From: a virus
Length of the DNA: 64,000 nucleotides
Virus record (IMG/VR): IMGVR_UViG_3300020173_000008
Coordinates: 3,520-67,519 of that record
Direction: 5' to 3' (one strand)
Shown here: in pieces, positions 36,524 to 46,389 of the stretch
Layout: every line of letters begins with the position of its first letter
How positions within the stretch are numbered: position 1 is the stretch's first letter
Notes under the pieces: generated by a model
The model's input: the letters and a program-made list of their open reading frames with translations, nothing else
Databases searched by the model: none
What the model was told of the DNA's origin: nothing
Program-made: the position numbers and the translations under genes

Positions 36524-37327
36524 TTACTGTCCTTGTGTTACTGATACAGAGCATCCTCCAGAGGTCTGACAGTCTTGTGTCAAACTATATGATTGTGCGG
36601 TAGTACCTTGTTGCAACATATATAGGTTTGTTGCATACGAACCACCTATCGTAACTGTAGCACTGTGAGTTGCACTTCCCTTTTGTATCATATCAACATC
36701 ATTATTAGAATTGTTGATGGTTAAGTTAAGTGTTTTATCTTGGTTACTTTCCTGTCTCGTATAAACATCATTATTACTACCATAGATATTTGTAATGTTT
36801 GAATGTTCGTGTCCTGAGTTATTTGATCGTTGGCTTCCCAAAAACGTATTGTTAGAACCATGAATATCTAATCTTGTAAAATGCCCACCATATTCATAAT
36901 CATCTATACTATGTAGTGTTCCGTCAGCATCAACTCTGTATCCTTGATAAAAGTCAACATCATTAGAATTGCCTGCTATGTGAAACTCAAACTTATCACC
37001 GCCACATGGAGATTGATTACAGGTCTGTGTAACATTTAGATTGTTGCTGTCACCATCCAAGTCACCACCCCATGATGCACCACTACCCCATGCTGAGGTA
37101 TATCCAACATAACTATTGTCACCTTTTTGGTCAATGTCTACTGTATTACTCGTACCACCAAAACTAAAGTTTACCTCGTTGTTACTACCCTCTACAGAGA
37201 CAGCAATGCTGTTTGAGTTACCACTGGTAACCTGTTCAATAGTTACCGCATTGTCTGCGAGTGCTTCAGTTCTGATTAATAATAATGAGAGAATCAGAAG
37301 CGTTTTCTTGGGTATGGAGTGTAACAT
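36524..37327 (-). CDS. Secreted curlin-like repeat protein 2
   Basis: Signal peptide; repeated I/V-x-Q/x-G-x-x-N-x-V strands; C-terminal Cys pair. Confidence 0.7.
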   Translation of the reverse strand: MLHSIPKKTLLILSLLLIRTEALADNAVTIEQVTSGNSNSIAVSVEGSNNEVNFSFGGTSNTVDIDQKGDNSYVGYTSAWGSGASWGGDLDGDSNNLNVTQTCNQSPCGGDKFEFHIAGNSNDVDFYQGYRVDADGTLHSIDDYEYGGHFTRLDIHGSNNTFLGSQRSNNSGHEHSNITNIYGSNNDVYTRQESNQDKTLNLTINNSNNDVDMIQKGSATHSATVTIGGSYATNLYMLQQGTTAQSYSLTQDCQTSGGCSVSVTQGQ

Positions 37328-38327
37328 TACTGCCTGCCTGATTTAGTTGTATTTGTGTCTGTGAGTTTTCACCCACAGTGATTTCAACTATTCTGTTATC
37401 AAAGTTTCTGAAGATGTACCATTCACCTTCTTTGAATATCTGTGTATTTCCTTCTTCATACGAGCCTGGTTTGATTGGGTTTGTGGGAAATGATTCCACA
37501 TTTGCAAACATTCGTCTGTTGAGTGCATCTAGAATATTTGCAAGTAGATCAACGTCAAGAAGGTTAAAATCCAATCGTCCAAAAACCAACTCATCTTTGT
37601 CTAGTGCATTTTCATCCAACGCATTTATATCCAACTCGTTGAAGTCTAGAATATTTTTTGCCTCCGCACCACCTTCCTCTTCTTTCTCCTTTGGTTTCCT
37701 GATGATTAAAAGATTGTTTATCTGTGCATCTGTCAAGTCTAGAATGACAGGGGGTGTTGGATTGTTCTCTGCGGCACCAACAACTGTGGCTTGATATGCC
37801 TGATTGAGTATCACTTGTCCTACGTCTGACTCAACTGATATCTCTCCCACACTTCCATCTGCATTGGGTAACAGAATGATGAGGGACTTACCAATCTCGT
37901 CAACTGTCATACTGAATGCAGTTCCAAGAACACCAATCCTTGCGGTGGGTGTACTAATTGCGACTGCCTGACGATTGTTCTTTGCGATCAACCCACTTGC
38001 ATATTTCACTGTGCCTAGTGCAACCTTGAGTCCAAGTTTACTTGTCGTAGGTTTACTCGCATCATACACGAAATCATCAATGATAAGTTTACTGTGCTTC
38101 TCTATCTGCACCTTTGTCTTATCATCAAAACCAATGCCGACCACACCGTTACCAGTGCGAATATCATCATTCATCTCAATACCAGTGTCTCTCTTTACGT
38201 CAAGTTTCTCCTTACTTCGAAAGAGTTCTGCTGGTCCTGTTGCCTTCTCTACTGACCCTACTGCTGCAAACGAACTAGTCGGTAACAGTAATAGTGACAG
38301 AAGAACTACTGCCGTCCGTTGTAACAT
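37266..38327 (-). CDS. Secreted FecR-domain protein
   Basis: D.IRTGNG, IDDFVYD, TPTARIGVLGT.F, IILLP...G.I.V. Confidence 0.85.
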   Translation of the reverse strand: MLQRTAVVLLSLLLLPTSSFAAVGSVEKATGPAELFRSKEKLDVKRDTGIEMNDDIRTGNGVVGIGFDDKTKVQIEKHSKLIIDDFVYDASKPTTSKLGLKVALGTVKYASGLIAKNNRQAVAISTPTARIGVLGTAFSMTVDEIGKSLIILLPNADGSVGEISVESDVGQVILNQAYQATVVGAAENNPTPPVILDLTDAQINNLLIIRKPKEKEEEGGAEAKNILDFNELDINALDENALDKDELVFGRLDFNLLDVDLLANILDALNRRMFANVESFPTNPIKPGSYEEGNTQIFKEGEWYIFRNFDNRIVEITVGENSQTQIQLNQAGSNVTLHTQENASDSLIIINQN

Positions 38328-38976
38328 CTACCGTACTTGCCTCTGCACCAGATTGTGTAATACTTGCAGTATTACTGGAGCCTGTCATGTTTAGTGTTGT
38401 ATCATGTTGTGACGCACCACTCTTGGTGATGGTCACTGTATTTGTACTACCTGTGATATCAACATCTGTTAGTTTATCTGTGATACTTGCAGCAGTTGAG
38501 TTTTCTGTAATCGTTACATCATTACTGCCACCACTGATATCTACATCAATATCAACATCGTCAACACCACTGGCAGTGTTACCAACATTAGTACTAACTG
38601 TGTTACTATTACCACCGCTGGCGTTGATTGTAATATTCACATCATCACTACCACCATTCGAACCACCCGTTGTACCAACTTCAATGTCAATATCAGAACT
38701 GTTACCTGTGATGTTAGATGTGATGTTCGCAGTATCACCATAGATGTCATAATCTAGGGTGTTACTCGTACCCACTTGGTCGATGTCCATTGTGGTTGTA
38801 GCACCATCACTGATACTTGCATCACCACTAGCACCGACACGGTTACTTGTACCGTCTTGGTTTATGTTTATTGTTGCGCTTGACCCTGTTTGGTCAATGT
38901 AAATCACGTTATCAGCATATGCTGATGGTATCATAGTTAACAATGCTAAAGCCGCAACTGTTAACCTTGTTCTCAT
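38275..38976 (-). CDS. Secreted curlin-like repeat protein 1
   Basis: Signal peptide; DNVIYIDQTG, INQDGTSN, IDQVGTSN, ITGSTN, MTGSSN repeats. Confidence 0.75.
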   Translation of the reverse strand: MRTRLTVAALALLTMIPSAYADNVIYIDQTGSSATININQDGTSNRVGASGDASISDGATTTMDIDQVGTSNTLDYDIYGDTANITSNITGNSSDIDIEVGTTGGSNGGSDDVNITINASGGNSNTVSTNVGNTASGVDDVDIDVDISGGSNDVTITENSTAASITDKLTDVDITGSTNTVTITKSGASQHDTTLNMTGSSNTASITQSGAEASTVDVTTDGSSSSVTITVTD

Positions 38977-39764
38977 TGAGTCTCTCCTTTATAGTCCCAG
39001 AGTTTTTTTCTTCTACCTTCTTCCACCATTGCAATCACCGCCTTTTCAATACCCTGTCTCACGGCATAATTTACTGGTTCATTCGTAGAAGTTCCCGCTT
39101 CAATCTCCAGAACTTTTGTTCCCATATCATAGAACTTAAATACATTCACCCCCATGTTTGTACTAAGAATAGTTTTCTCTGTTGTAATTGCCATCAAAAC
39201 CTCACCAGTTAAAACACTGACGACACGAAGTCCAATCGTTACAACATCCATTCTCCACTCTGTCATTGGACCGATACCCATAACTCTGGCACCAAATCCA
39301 CCAGTATACTTGTTAGAATCATAACCTACCACACCACCTTCGATCATAATTCCTGCAAACTGTAATGCCCCTAATTCTTTTGCCTTCTCCCCATCAAATT
39401 TCTGTCTCGTATTTCTTATCAACTGTCTTTCTTTGATAAGATTGTCTAGTCCTGACCTCTCCACTACATTGAAGAACTTACCATCCGCCATGTCCATCAA
39501 TGCTTTTATCAAATAAATTTCTGCACCCTGTGTAACTGCACTACTCAGATTTGCGATATTGTCTGCTGGTTTTCTTTGTCCTGTTTTATCAGTAAAAGAA
39601 TACACAGCAACACTGACAGGTTTACCGTTTAATATCTGTGGGAAATCTCTAAGTTTATTTCCCATAGGTGTCTTTGCTATCTCAGGTGGTTGTGTGATAG
39701 CCTCCGCCGACATACATCCTGCTAATGTAAGTGACAACATCAAACATAATATTATCTTTCGCAT
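38973..39764 (-). CDS. csgG: Curli secretion channel CsgG
   Basis: Lipobox LAGC, VAVYSF.DKTGQRK, S.AVTQG, F.VVER.GL..L.KERQLIR, EGGVVGYDSN. Confidence 0.93.
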   Translation of the reverse strand: MRKIILCLMLSLTLAGCMSAEAITQPPEIAKTPMGNKLRDFPQILNGKPVSVAVYSFTDKTGQRKPADNIANLSSAVTQGAEIYLIKALMDMADGKFFNVVERSGLDNLIKERQLIRNTRQKFDGEKAKELGALQFAGIMIEGGVVGYDSNKYTGGFGARVMGIGPMTEWRMDVVTIGLRVVSVLTGEVLMAITTEKTILSTNMGVNVFKFYDMGTKVLEIEAGTSTNEPVNYAVRQGIEKAVIAMVEEGRRKKLWDYKGETQ

Positions 39765-39773
39765 CCATTCTTC

Positions 39774-40328
39774 CTAAAATCCAAATCCACTTGTTGGAAT
39801 AACTAGAGTTGTTACTGTACCATCTGCGGCAGTTACAACTAATGAAACCTCGTCTCCAACCGTACTGTAAGCAACTGTGTTTCCCATAATCTCAATTGTA
39901 CCACTTTCCTCTGCGGCCTCTCCAAATAATTTCTCACTCAACTGTTTACTCAACTCTGCATACACTCTACTCTCAAAGTTCTTTAAGAACTTATTTAGAT
40001 TGGTGTTCTCTGATTCTCTCTCTGCCTCTCTTCTTGCAGACTCTTCCTTCGCCTTGATATCCTGTTTTCTCTGAAACGTTAGGTTCTCAATTGTTAGAAC
40101 ATGTTGACTGTAACCGTTCCCTGTAAATACTGGTGACTTCCATGTGTGCTTCAACTCAGAACCATATGCAGCAGTCATCAGAAATAACCCAAGAAAAATT
40201 CCAAGAATTAGAGAGCAGATAAAAGTAGAAAAGTTGGAAAACAACATCTCCTTATATGTGTAAATGTATGGGTTAGATTTCCTTAATCTTTCCCATGCAA
40301 GTCTCTCAGTCTCGTTTTTGTACTTCAT
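39774..40328 (-). CDS. csgF: Curli assembly protein CsgF-like
   Basis: SEL.H.WKSP.F.G, F..NFESRVYA.LS.QL, G..T.LVIP; adjacent to csgG. Confidence 0.8.
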   Translation of the reverse strand: MKYKNETERLAWERLRKSNPYIYTYKEMLFSNFSTFICSLILGIFLGLFLMTAAYGSELKHTWKSPVFTGNGYSQHVLTIENLTFQRKQDIKAKEESARREAERESENTNLNKFLKNFESRVYAELSKQLSEKLFGEAAEESGTIEIMGNTVAYSTVGDEVSLVVTAADGTVTTLVIPTSGFGF

Positions 40329-40572
40329 CTTGCTTTTCCTTATCCAGATATTCCAAAATCATAGTAAGTTTTTGATTCAGTCGTATTAAGTCATTATCCA
40401 ACATACGAATACGATCAATCAAAGCAATCAAAGTAACATTCGCTTCATTAATTACAGGGTCAACTTCCTTCGTTGCCCAATTCCAAACATAGTACACAAA
40501 ATACCCAAGTCCTACTGCTGCTACAATTGGAAATCCAAAATCTTTTATCAGTGCAGCAATATCCATCGTCAA
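40306..40572 (-). CDS. Small membrane protein (paralogue B)
   Basis: IKDFGFPIVAA.G.GYFV, RIRMLDNDLIRL. Confidence 0.7.
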   Translation of the reverse strand: MTMDIAALIKDFGFPIVAAVGLGYFVYYVWNWATKEVDPVINEANVTLIALIDRIRMLDNDLIRLNQKLTMILEYLDKEKQDEVQKRD

Positions 40573-40853
40573 TCTTTCCTCGTATCATTTTTACCATCAG
40601 CACGAGCAATACGGCTGATGTCTGGTTTCACACCAAATGCGGTACTCATCAATGTATCAATTCGGATAATATCATGGTTCATGGTTTGTACTCTGTTGTC
40701 GAGGGCACCAATGATACCCTTCATGCGACCAACAGAGTCCATGACACCATTTAAAATAAAACGCATTGTCAGAAATACGAAATACCCACCGGCGCAGGCT
40801 GCAGCGATGGGGAATCCGACCTCTTTTATAAAGTCGAAAATACTTGGTTCCAT
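40569..40853 (-). CDS. Small membrane protein (paralogue A)
   Basis: IKEVGFPIAAA..GGYFV, RVQTMNHDIIRI. Confidence 0.7.
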   Translation of the reverse strand: MEPSIFDFIKEVGFPIAAACAGGYFVFLTMRFILNGVMDSVGRMKGIIGALDNRVQTMNHDIIRIDTLMSTAFGVKPDISRIARADGKNDTRKD

Positions 40854-40875
40854 ATCAACTCCAAGAGTTAGATGT

Positions 40876-41421
40876 TTAGGACCAATTCAAAATCATGTAG
40901 TTATTGTCAAGACCATAAGTATGAACATGAGTATAAACACTTCTAGGTGCATGTCTATTTATCATTTCAACCCACCAATCCATCGGCTCAATTGTACAAT
41001 GTGCATTTTCACCATTGGGTAATATTGTCACGGCAGGTCGAGTACATATACCTAAAAACACAAATTTCTGTGCATTACTATATATGTATTCAAAGATTGA
41101 CGGAATTATCTCTCTAGGGATATGTTCCATAACATCTGTGGAATAGATACCGTCAAATGGACCTTCTGGTAGGTTTTCATACTCTGGTACTGCTGGGTCA
41201 TAAAGTGTTGGCATAAAACCCCACTCTTCGTGTAGTTTCTCAACTGTGTACTGCCGAGCCTTACCACATCCATAGTCTAGGAGTGTTTTAGAGCCTGTCT
41301 CTTGCACCAAATGTGCAACGAGATTGTGTTGGTGTTTATAAGAATTGCCTGGGAACTTTGTAGTATCACTGTGGTGCAGTTTATACTGTTCTATGTATTT
41401 CTGTTCAATCTCTTTCATCAT
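40876..41421 (-). CDS. Class I SAM-dependent methyltransferase
   Basis: LLDYGCGK, YDPA, STDVMEHIP. Confidence 0.85.
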   Translation of the reverse strand: MMKEIEQKYIEQYKLHHSDTTKFPGNSYKHQHNLVAHLVQETGSKTLLDYGCGKARQYTVEKLHEEWGFMPTLYDPAVPEYENLPEGPFDGIYSTDVMEHIPREIIPSIFEYIYSNAQKFVFLGICTRPAVTILPNGENAHCTIEPMDWWVEMINRHAPRSVYTHVHTYGLDNNYMILNWS

Positions 41422-41749
41422 GTAGTCTCACGAAATATTCTGCGTCAATAACGACAAGTGGTTTACTGTTGTTTCTTTTGATTATCAATAGAGGTTCGTA
41501 GTTACCAGAGTTCTCTGTTGCCTGTTCGTATGACTTCCATACGTTCACTGCCTCTTGGTTCTTACATTCAATTGAGTAAGGAAACTTCTCTCTCGCAGCA
41601 CGGGCCATGATGAGGTCTTCACCCCCTGCACCCATACTGCGAGACTCAATATCTTCTGGATGTACTTTCAGTTCTTCGATTAATAGATTGCGAACCCACT
41701 GTTGAAGTCTGCGTCCTTTTGCCTTTGCACTTTGAGTCTTCATGGACAC
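41405..41749 (-). CDS. PD-(D/E)xK resolvase-like endonuclease
   Basis: AKAKGR.LQ, MGAGGEDL, SIECKN. Confidence 0.75.
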   Translation of the reverse strand: MSMKTQSAKAKGRRLQQWVRNLLIEELKVHPEDIESRSMGAGGEDLIMARAAREKFPYSIECKNQEAVNVWKSYEQATENSGNYEPLLIIKRNNSKPLVVIDAEYFVRLHDERD

Positions 41750-42174
41750 ACCGTTATGTCTTTAACTCTGTATGGTTGATTAAGAATCCAATCAATCACA
41801 CTCACACAATATGATACTGTCATTTTTGGTGCATCAATATGAGCAACTCTTTCAGTATCAAAACGACCAAATCTCACAATCGTCGTATTTATTCCAAGAT
41901 AATATAATTGATCGTTAGCAAAGTCTAGTGCTGCTTTCTCAGTTGGATAAGTTCTAATCCTATTTCCACGTTGATCAGGTGAGTTTGATCCTATGTTGAT
42001 TATACGTTTGTTGAGTTCAGCAGCCTTATACAACAGTTCAACTTGTTGAAACCCATCGTGTTTGTTGTTTATGAAAACGTCACATTCTTCTAGGGTGTCT
42101 ACCGTGTCATAGAATGTACTAAGTGCTTTACCAAGACCCCTTCGTGTTCCATTAATATAAAAATTAGTCGTCAT
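41740..42174 (-). CDS. Minimal short-chain dehydrogenase-like protein
   Basis: INGTRRGLG, FINN, INIGS, YxxxK (YPTEK). Confidence 0.7.
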   Translation of the reverse strand: MTTNFYINGTRRGLGKALSTFYDTVDTLEECDVFINNKHDGFQQVELLYKAAELNKRIINIGSNSPDQRGNRIRTYPTEKAALDFANDQLYYLGINTTIVRFGRFDTERVAHIDAPKMTVSYCVSVIDWILNQPYRVKDITVCP

Positions 42175-42319
42175 CCTCTTCCCATTCTATATCATGCTCA
42201 AGTTCGTCTTCCAAACCCTCACCACAGAATGGGCAAAATGAAATCATGTAGTAATCATCATCCATATGATGTTTAATCTGACACTCTGCTTCACATGATT
42301 CACATACTACTAATTTCAT
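42164..42319 (-). CDS. Small zinc-ribbon protein
   Basis: CESC ... CPFCG. Confidence 0.7.
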   Translation of the reverse strand: MKLVVCESCEAECQIKHHMDDDYYMISFCPFCGEGLEDELEHDIEWEEDDD

Positions 42320-43572
42320 GCTGCTTCTATCGAATATGCCTCGTCCCAACTACCTGACAATCCCGCGACTTCATATTCAGTAACACGATTTTCAAAGAAG
42401 TTTGTGTGGTCTGCACCGTTCAATACCCATTCCAACCAAGGCAGAGGATTCTCTTTCACCTTGAAGTTTGTCTTCAGACCAAGTTGTAGAAGTCTACGGT
42501 CTGTGATATATCTTATATAGGTCTTTACTTCAGATGCATCTAGACCCTCAATCTCACCCATCTTGTATGCGAGGTCAACAAACTTATCCTCTAACTTGAC
42601 TGCAATGCGAGCCATATTGTAAATCTCTGCTTTGAACTCGTCGTTCACAATCTTTGGTTTCTCTGAACAGAGTTGACGGAATGTCTTTGCATTTCCCTCG
42701 ACATGCATGGACTCGTCACGAATACTCCACTCAACAACCTTACCCATACCCTTCATCTTACCGTAACGTTGGAAGTTGAGGAGCATGACGAATGATGCGA
42801 AGAGTGCAACACCCTCGTTGAATACAGACTTTGCGAGTGCAAGTCCAAGACCACGAATGGTTCCAACGTCAGAGTCCTGCATGAATTCAATCTTGTCCAT
42901 CATCTCTTTGTACTCAAGGAACGCATGGTACTCACTGTCTGACAGTCCAAGTGTCTCGTTCAGAAGTGCATATGCTCTCTGGTGGACACCCTCACGGGAT
43001 GCAAAGGAACCGAGCATGTTTCTAATCTCGTTGTTCTTGAACTTGGGAATGAAGTGGTCATAGTAGTTCTGACCAACTGCAACATCAGACTGTGTAAATA
43101 GACGAAGAATGTTTGTGATGTATTCCTTCTCTACCTGTGTAACCTTACCAGACTTCCAATCTGATACGTCCTCTGACAAGTCCAGTTCGTCCTCAATCCA
43201 ATGCGCCTTCTCATGACGAGTGGTAATCTCCACAGCCCAAGGATAGTGGAAAGGTTTGTATGTCTTACTGAACTCAAGCAGACCACCACCACTTCTCTTG
43301 CGAAGAAGGTCATCTGCCTTCTTCATGAGGTCATCGTAACCACCAATGTGTTCACCATCAATGAAAATCTGTGGGACAGAGTTCACTCGACGCACTGCTG
43401 TGTTCTCACCAACAGTCTCTTTGATACCGTTGATGGACTGATAGAAGGCAAGACGTTCTTCCTCATTATCCATAAGTTCCTCTGCATACTCAAATCCATG
43501 ATCCTTAAACCATGTCTTTGCCATAGTACAAAATGGACAATCTGTTTTTGTTACGATTCTTATCCCTGACAT
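42316..43572 (-). CDS. nrdB: Glutaredoxin-fused ribonucleotide reductase beta subunit
   Basis: N-terminal CPFC, VPQIFI.G.HIGG; R2 motifs FTQSD, EGVHQRAY, EGVALF, RDESMH. Confidence 0.93.
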   Translation of the reverse strand: MSGIRIVTKTDCPFCTMAKTWFKDHGFEYAEELMDNEEERLAFYQSINGIKETVGENTAVRRVNSVPQIFIDGEHIGGYDDLMKKADDLLRKRSGGGLLEFSKTYKPFHYPWAVEITTRHEKAHWIEDELDLSEDVSDWKSGKVTQVEKEYITNILRLFTQSDVAVGQNYYDHFIPKFKNNEIRNMLGSFASREGVHQRAYALLNETLGLSDSEYHAFLEYKEMMDKIEFMQDSDVGTIRGLGLALAKSVFNEGVALFASFVMLLNFQRYGKMKGMGKVVEWSIRDESMHVEGNAKTFRQLCSEKPKIVNDEFKAEIYNMARIAVKLEDKFVDLAYKMGEIEGLDASEVKTYIRYITDRRLLQLGLKTNFKVKENPLPWLEWVLNGADHTNFFENRVTEYEVAGLSGSWDEAYSIEAA

Positions 43573-45359
43573 GCGACACATTCCTCCTGGCTCATTGCTT
43601 GACTTTCATAATCCTTCAGTGCTTCTCTTTTAACCTTGATAGACACGTTCTCTGCTTTGTTAGATGTTTCTGTGCGTAGATAATATAGACCTTTGCATCC
43701 ATACTTCCATGCGTTGTAGTGTACCTTATGCAGTGACCCACGATCTGCACCAGAGGGAAAGAACACATTTAGTGACTGTCCCTGACATAGAAACTCCTGT
43801 CTGTGTCCACCCTGTCTCACGATTGCATCTTGGTCAATCTCAATGGCAGTTCTGAATACATCCTTCACCTCGTCTGATAGGAAATCAAGGTGTTGCACAG
43901 AACCACCGTTTGTGATGATGCTGCTCCAAGTTGTCTGGTCATTCTTACCCACCTTCTCTAGTTCCTCTTCAAGATAGATATTCTTGACCAGATGTGAACC
44001 AGCACGAGTCCTATGCGTGTATGCGTTTGCCTTCAGTGGTTCGATAGAAGGTGATGTAGACACGATGATGGAACTGTTTGCGTTAGGTGCGATTGCAAGA
44101 AGATGTGAGTTACGTCTTCCTGTCCCTTCCATGTCTGGACACTCACCACGTTCCTCTGCAAGTTTTTCTGTCTCCTTCACAGCCTGCGTCTTGATATACT
44201 CAAATACCTCGACGTTCTTTTTATCTGCATCCTCTGAATCAAAAGGAATACGATGACGATTCAAATAAGAATGCCAACCCATTGCACCAAGACCAAGAGA
44301 ACGTTCCTGTTGTGCAGAATAACGAGCACGGGAAATCTCATCACCAGCATGGTCGATAAAGAACTGTAGAACGTTGTCTAGGAATCGAATAAGATCACGA
44401 ATCATGGGTGTCTTACTCCACTCATCATACTTCTCTAGGTTCACAGATGAAAGGCAGCACACAGCAGTGCGGTCTTCACTAGTAGGAAGATGAATCTCAT
44501 TGCAGAGATTAGAACCGTGAATCTTTAGACCCTTCTCTTTCATCGTCTGTGGTAGGGCACGGTTTGCAGTGTCAATGAAATTTAGATATGGTTCACCTGT
44601 ACGATACCGTGTCTCCAGTAGAAGTTCCCATAACTTCCTTGCCCTCATACTATCACGAACTGTGCCATCGTCTGGATCAACCAAGTCCCACACCTCGTCA
44701 CGTTCTACTGCTCTCATGAAAGAGTCTGTCACGTTGACTGCGTGGTGTAGGTTTAGGTTCTTACGGTTTACATCACCAGTAGGAATACGCATATTAACAA
44801 ACTCAATGATGTCTGGATGTGAGATGTCCATGTATGCTGCATAGGAACCCTTGCGTGTCCTTCCCTGACGATATGCAGTCATGTCTGCATCTACCGTGTG
44901 TAGAAATGGCATAGGGCCTGGTGCTTTCTCTGATACTGCACGAACAGCAGACCAGTGTCCACCAACACCACCACCTTTGACAGACAACCAACGGAGTTCT
45001 GCACTATGGTCGATGAGTCCTTCTAGACTATCTGGAACATAGGTTAGGAAACAAGAAATAGGTAGAGACTTTACCTTTGCGCCTGGGAGTGGTGCATTGG
45101 AAAGAACAGGTGATGCAAACATGAACCACCCCTCTGAGACATAATCATAGATGCGTTGTGCGAGGTCCATGTCTCCGTAGGAGTAGGCAACAGCGGCGCG
45201 AGCATATGATTGTTGTGCAGAGGTTTCTTCTTTTAACTGGTAATAATCTTTTAGGAGTTTTCTTGCTTGTTCTGATAAGTTGTTGTCTTTTGTTCTGTCG
45301 ATTTTGATACCTAGATACTCTTCTTCTAGGTCAAGGTAAACTACCTCTGCTGTTGCCAT
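43560..45359 (-). CDS. nrdA: Ribonucleotide reductase class Ia alpha subunit
   Basis: PISCF, SNLCNE, APNANSS, CQGQSLN, LYYLR, C-terminal CVACQG. Confidence 0.95.
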   Translation of the reverse strand: MATAEVVYLDLEEEYLGIKIDRTKDNNLSEQARKLLKDYYQLKEETSAQQSYARAAVAYSYGDMDLAQRIYDYVSEGWFMFASPVLSNAPLPGAKVKSLPISCFLTYVPDSLEGLIDHSAELRWLSVKGGGVGGHWSAVRAVSEKAPGPMPFLHTVDADMTAYRQGRTRKGSYAAYMDISHPDIIEFVNMRIPTGDVNRKNLNLHHAVNVTDSFMRAVERDEVWDLVDPDDGTVRDSMRARKLWELLLETRYRTGEPYLNFIDTANRALPQTMKEKGLKIHGSNLCNEIHLPTSEDRTAVCCLSSVNLEKYDEWSKTPMIRDLIRFLDNVLQFFIDHAGDEISRARYSAQQERSLGLGAMGWHSYLNRHRIPFDSEDADKKNVEVFEYIKTQAVKETEKLAEERGECPDMEGTGRRNSHLLAIAPNANSSIIVSTSPSIEPLKANAYTHRTRAGSHLVKNIYLEEELEKVGKNDQTTWSSIITNGGSVQHLDFLSDEVKDVFRTAIEIDQDAIVRQGGHRQEFLCQGQSLNVFFPSGADRGSLHKVHYNAWKYGCKGLYYLRTETSNKAENVSIKVKREALKDYESQAMSQEECVACQG

Positions 45360-45368
45360 TGTTGTCTC

Positions 45369-46364
45369 CTATACTCTTTTCCAATTCGCAAACCTCGCCT
45401 TTGCTTCTAAACCAGAAAAGATATTTTGATTTATTTGTGTTGTAATGTTTTCTTGGGTGTAACCACCGAGTATCATCTCGTTAATATCTTTGAAGGGATT
45501 CGATTCAGGCCATAAACAAACTCTTCTCCCTGCATTAATCGCTTTGTCTATTCTCCTGCATATCTCCCTGTTTCGTGGTTCGTTATCAAAGACTAGGATA
45601 CTGTCATCAAACTCTGCCTTTGTCAAGTCAGCGTCTGCTGTAGCAACCGCATTGTCTAGGAACATGCTGTCAATTGGACCCTCAACAACATAAACCGTTT
45701 TGTTCTTGTTCAGTCTGTCAAGACCGAAAACTTTCTCACCATCGTCCAACTTGATGGTGATATACTTAGGTATCTCTACACCGAAGGCTCGACCTTGGTA
45801 TGCAAAAATGTCACCCTTCTCGTCACGAAATGGAATAAGGAGTCTGGGGTGGTCGCCCTCCACAGACGGGAACTTATTCTTGATTAGAGTGTTCGTGAAT
45901 TTAAAGAATGACTCACAGAGATACAGGTCAGATAGTCTGTCCTTTGGGAGTTGTCTTGCTTCGACAATCTTTCTTGCGGGGTGATCTTCTGAGAGTTCCG
46001 AGATGGAAGATAGACCTTTGAAGATATCCCGTTTGCGAAAGACTGGTGCATCGAACTTAAACTCCGGCTCAGGGTTGTTAGTCTTGACCCCTGATCTGTA
46101 TCGTTCAAATATATAGTCTTTGTAAGTTTTTGAGTCTACATGCTTGATGAGATTACCAAGTGTTGCTCCCACCCCACAGTTATGACACTTGAAGAACAGG
46201 TCATTCTTCTTACGAAAGACATACCCACGAGCCTTCGTGCGTGACTTCTGTGAGTCTCCACAGTATGGACAACGAAAGTTCCAACTATAGTCAGACTTCT
46301 TCTTGAACAAGAGAAGTTGACTACTGATAAGATTTAGATATTTTATGTCAATGTACATGAACAT
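45369..46364 (-). CDS. 61: DNA primase gp61
   Basis: CPYCGDS, CHNCG, YQGR, VVEGPIDS, FDNEPRN, KDINE. Confidence 0.95.
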   Translation of the reverse strand: MFMYIDIKYLNLISSQLLLFKKKSDYSWNFRCPYCGDSQKSRTKARGYVFRKKNDLFFKCHNCGVGATLGNLIKHVDSKTYKDYIFERYRSGVKTNNPEPEFKFDAPVFRKRDIFKGLSSISELSEDHPARKIVEARQLPKDRLSDLYLCESFFKFTNTLIKNKFPSVEGDHPRLLIPFRDEKGDIFAYQGRAFGVEIPKYITIKLDDGEKVFGLDRLNKNKTVYVVEGPIDSMFLDNAVATADADLTKAEFDDSILVFDNEPRNREICRRIDKAINAGRRVCLWPESNPFKDINEMILGGYTQENITTQINQNIFSGLEAKARFANWKRV

Positions 46365-46389
46365 ACATTAACAGATTTATAGGATATTG

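Noticed and set aside
42316-45359. Introns or inteins in nrdA/nrdB (also checked thyX, gp41, uvsX)
   Set aside because: All are continuous and of compact length. The extra NrdB length is explained by glutaredoxin.
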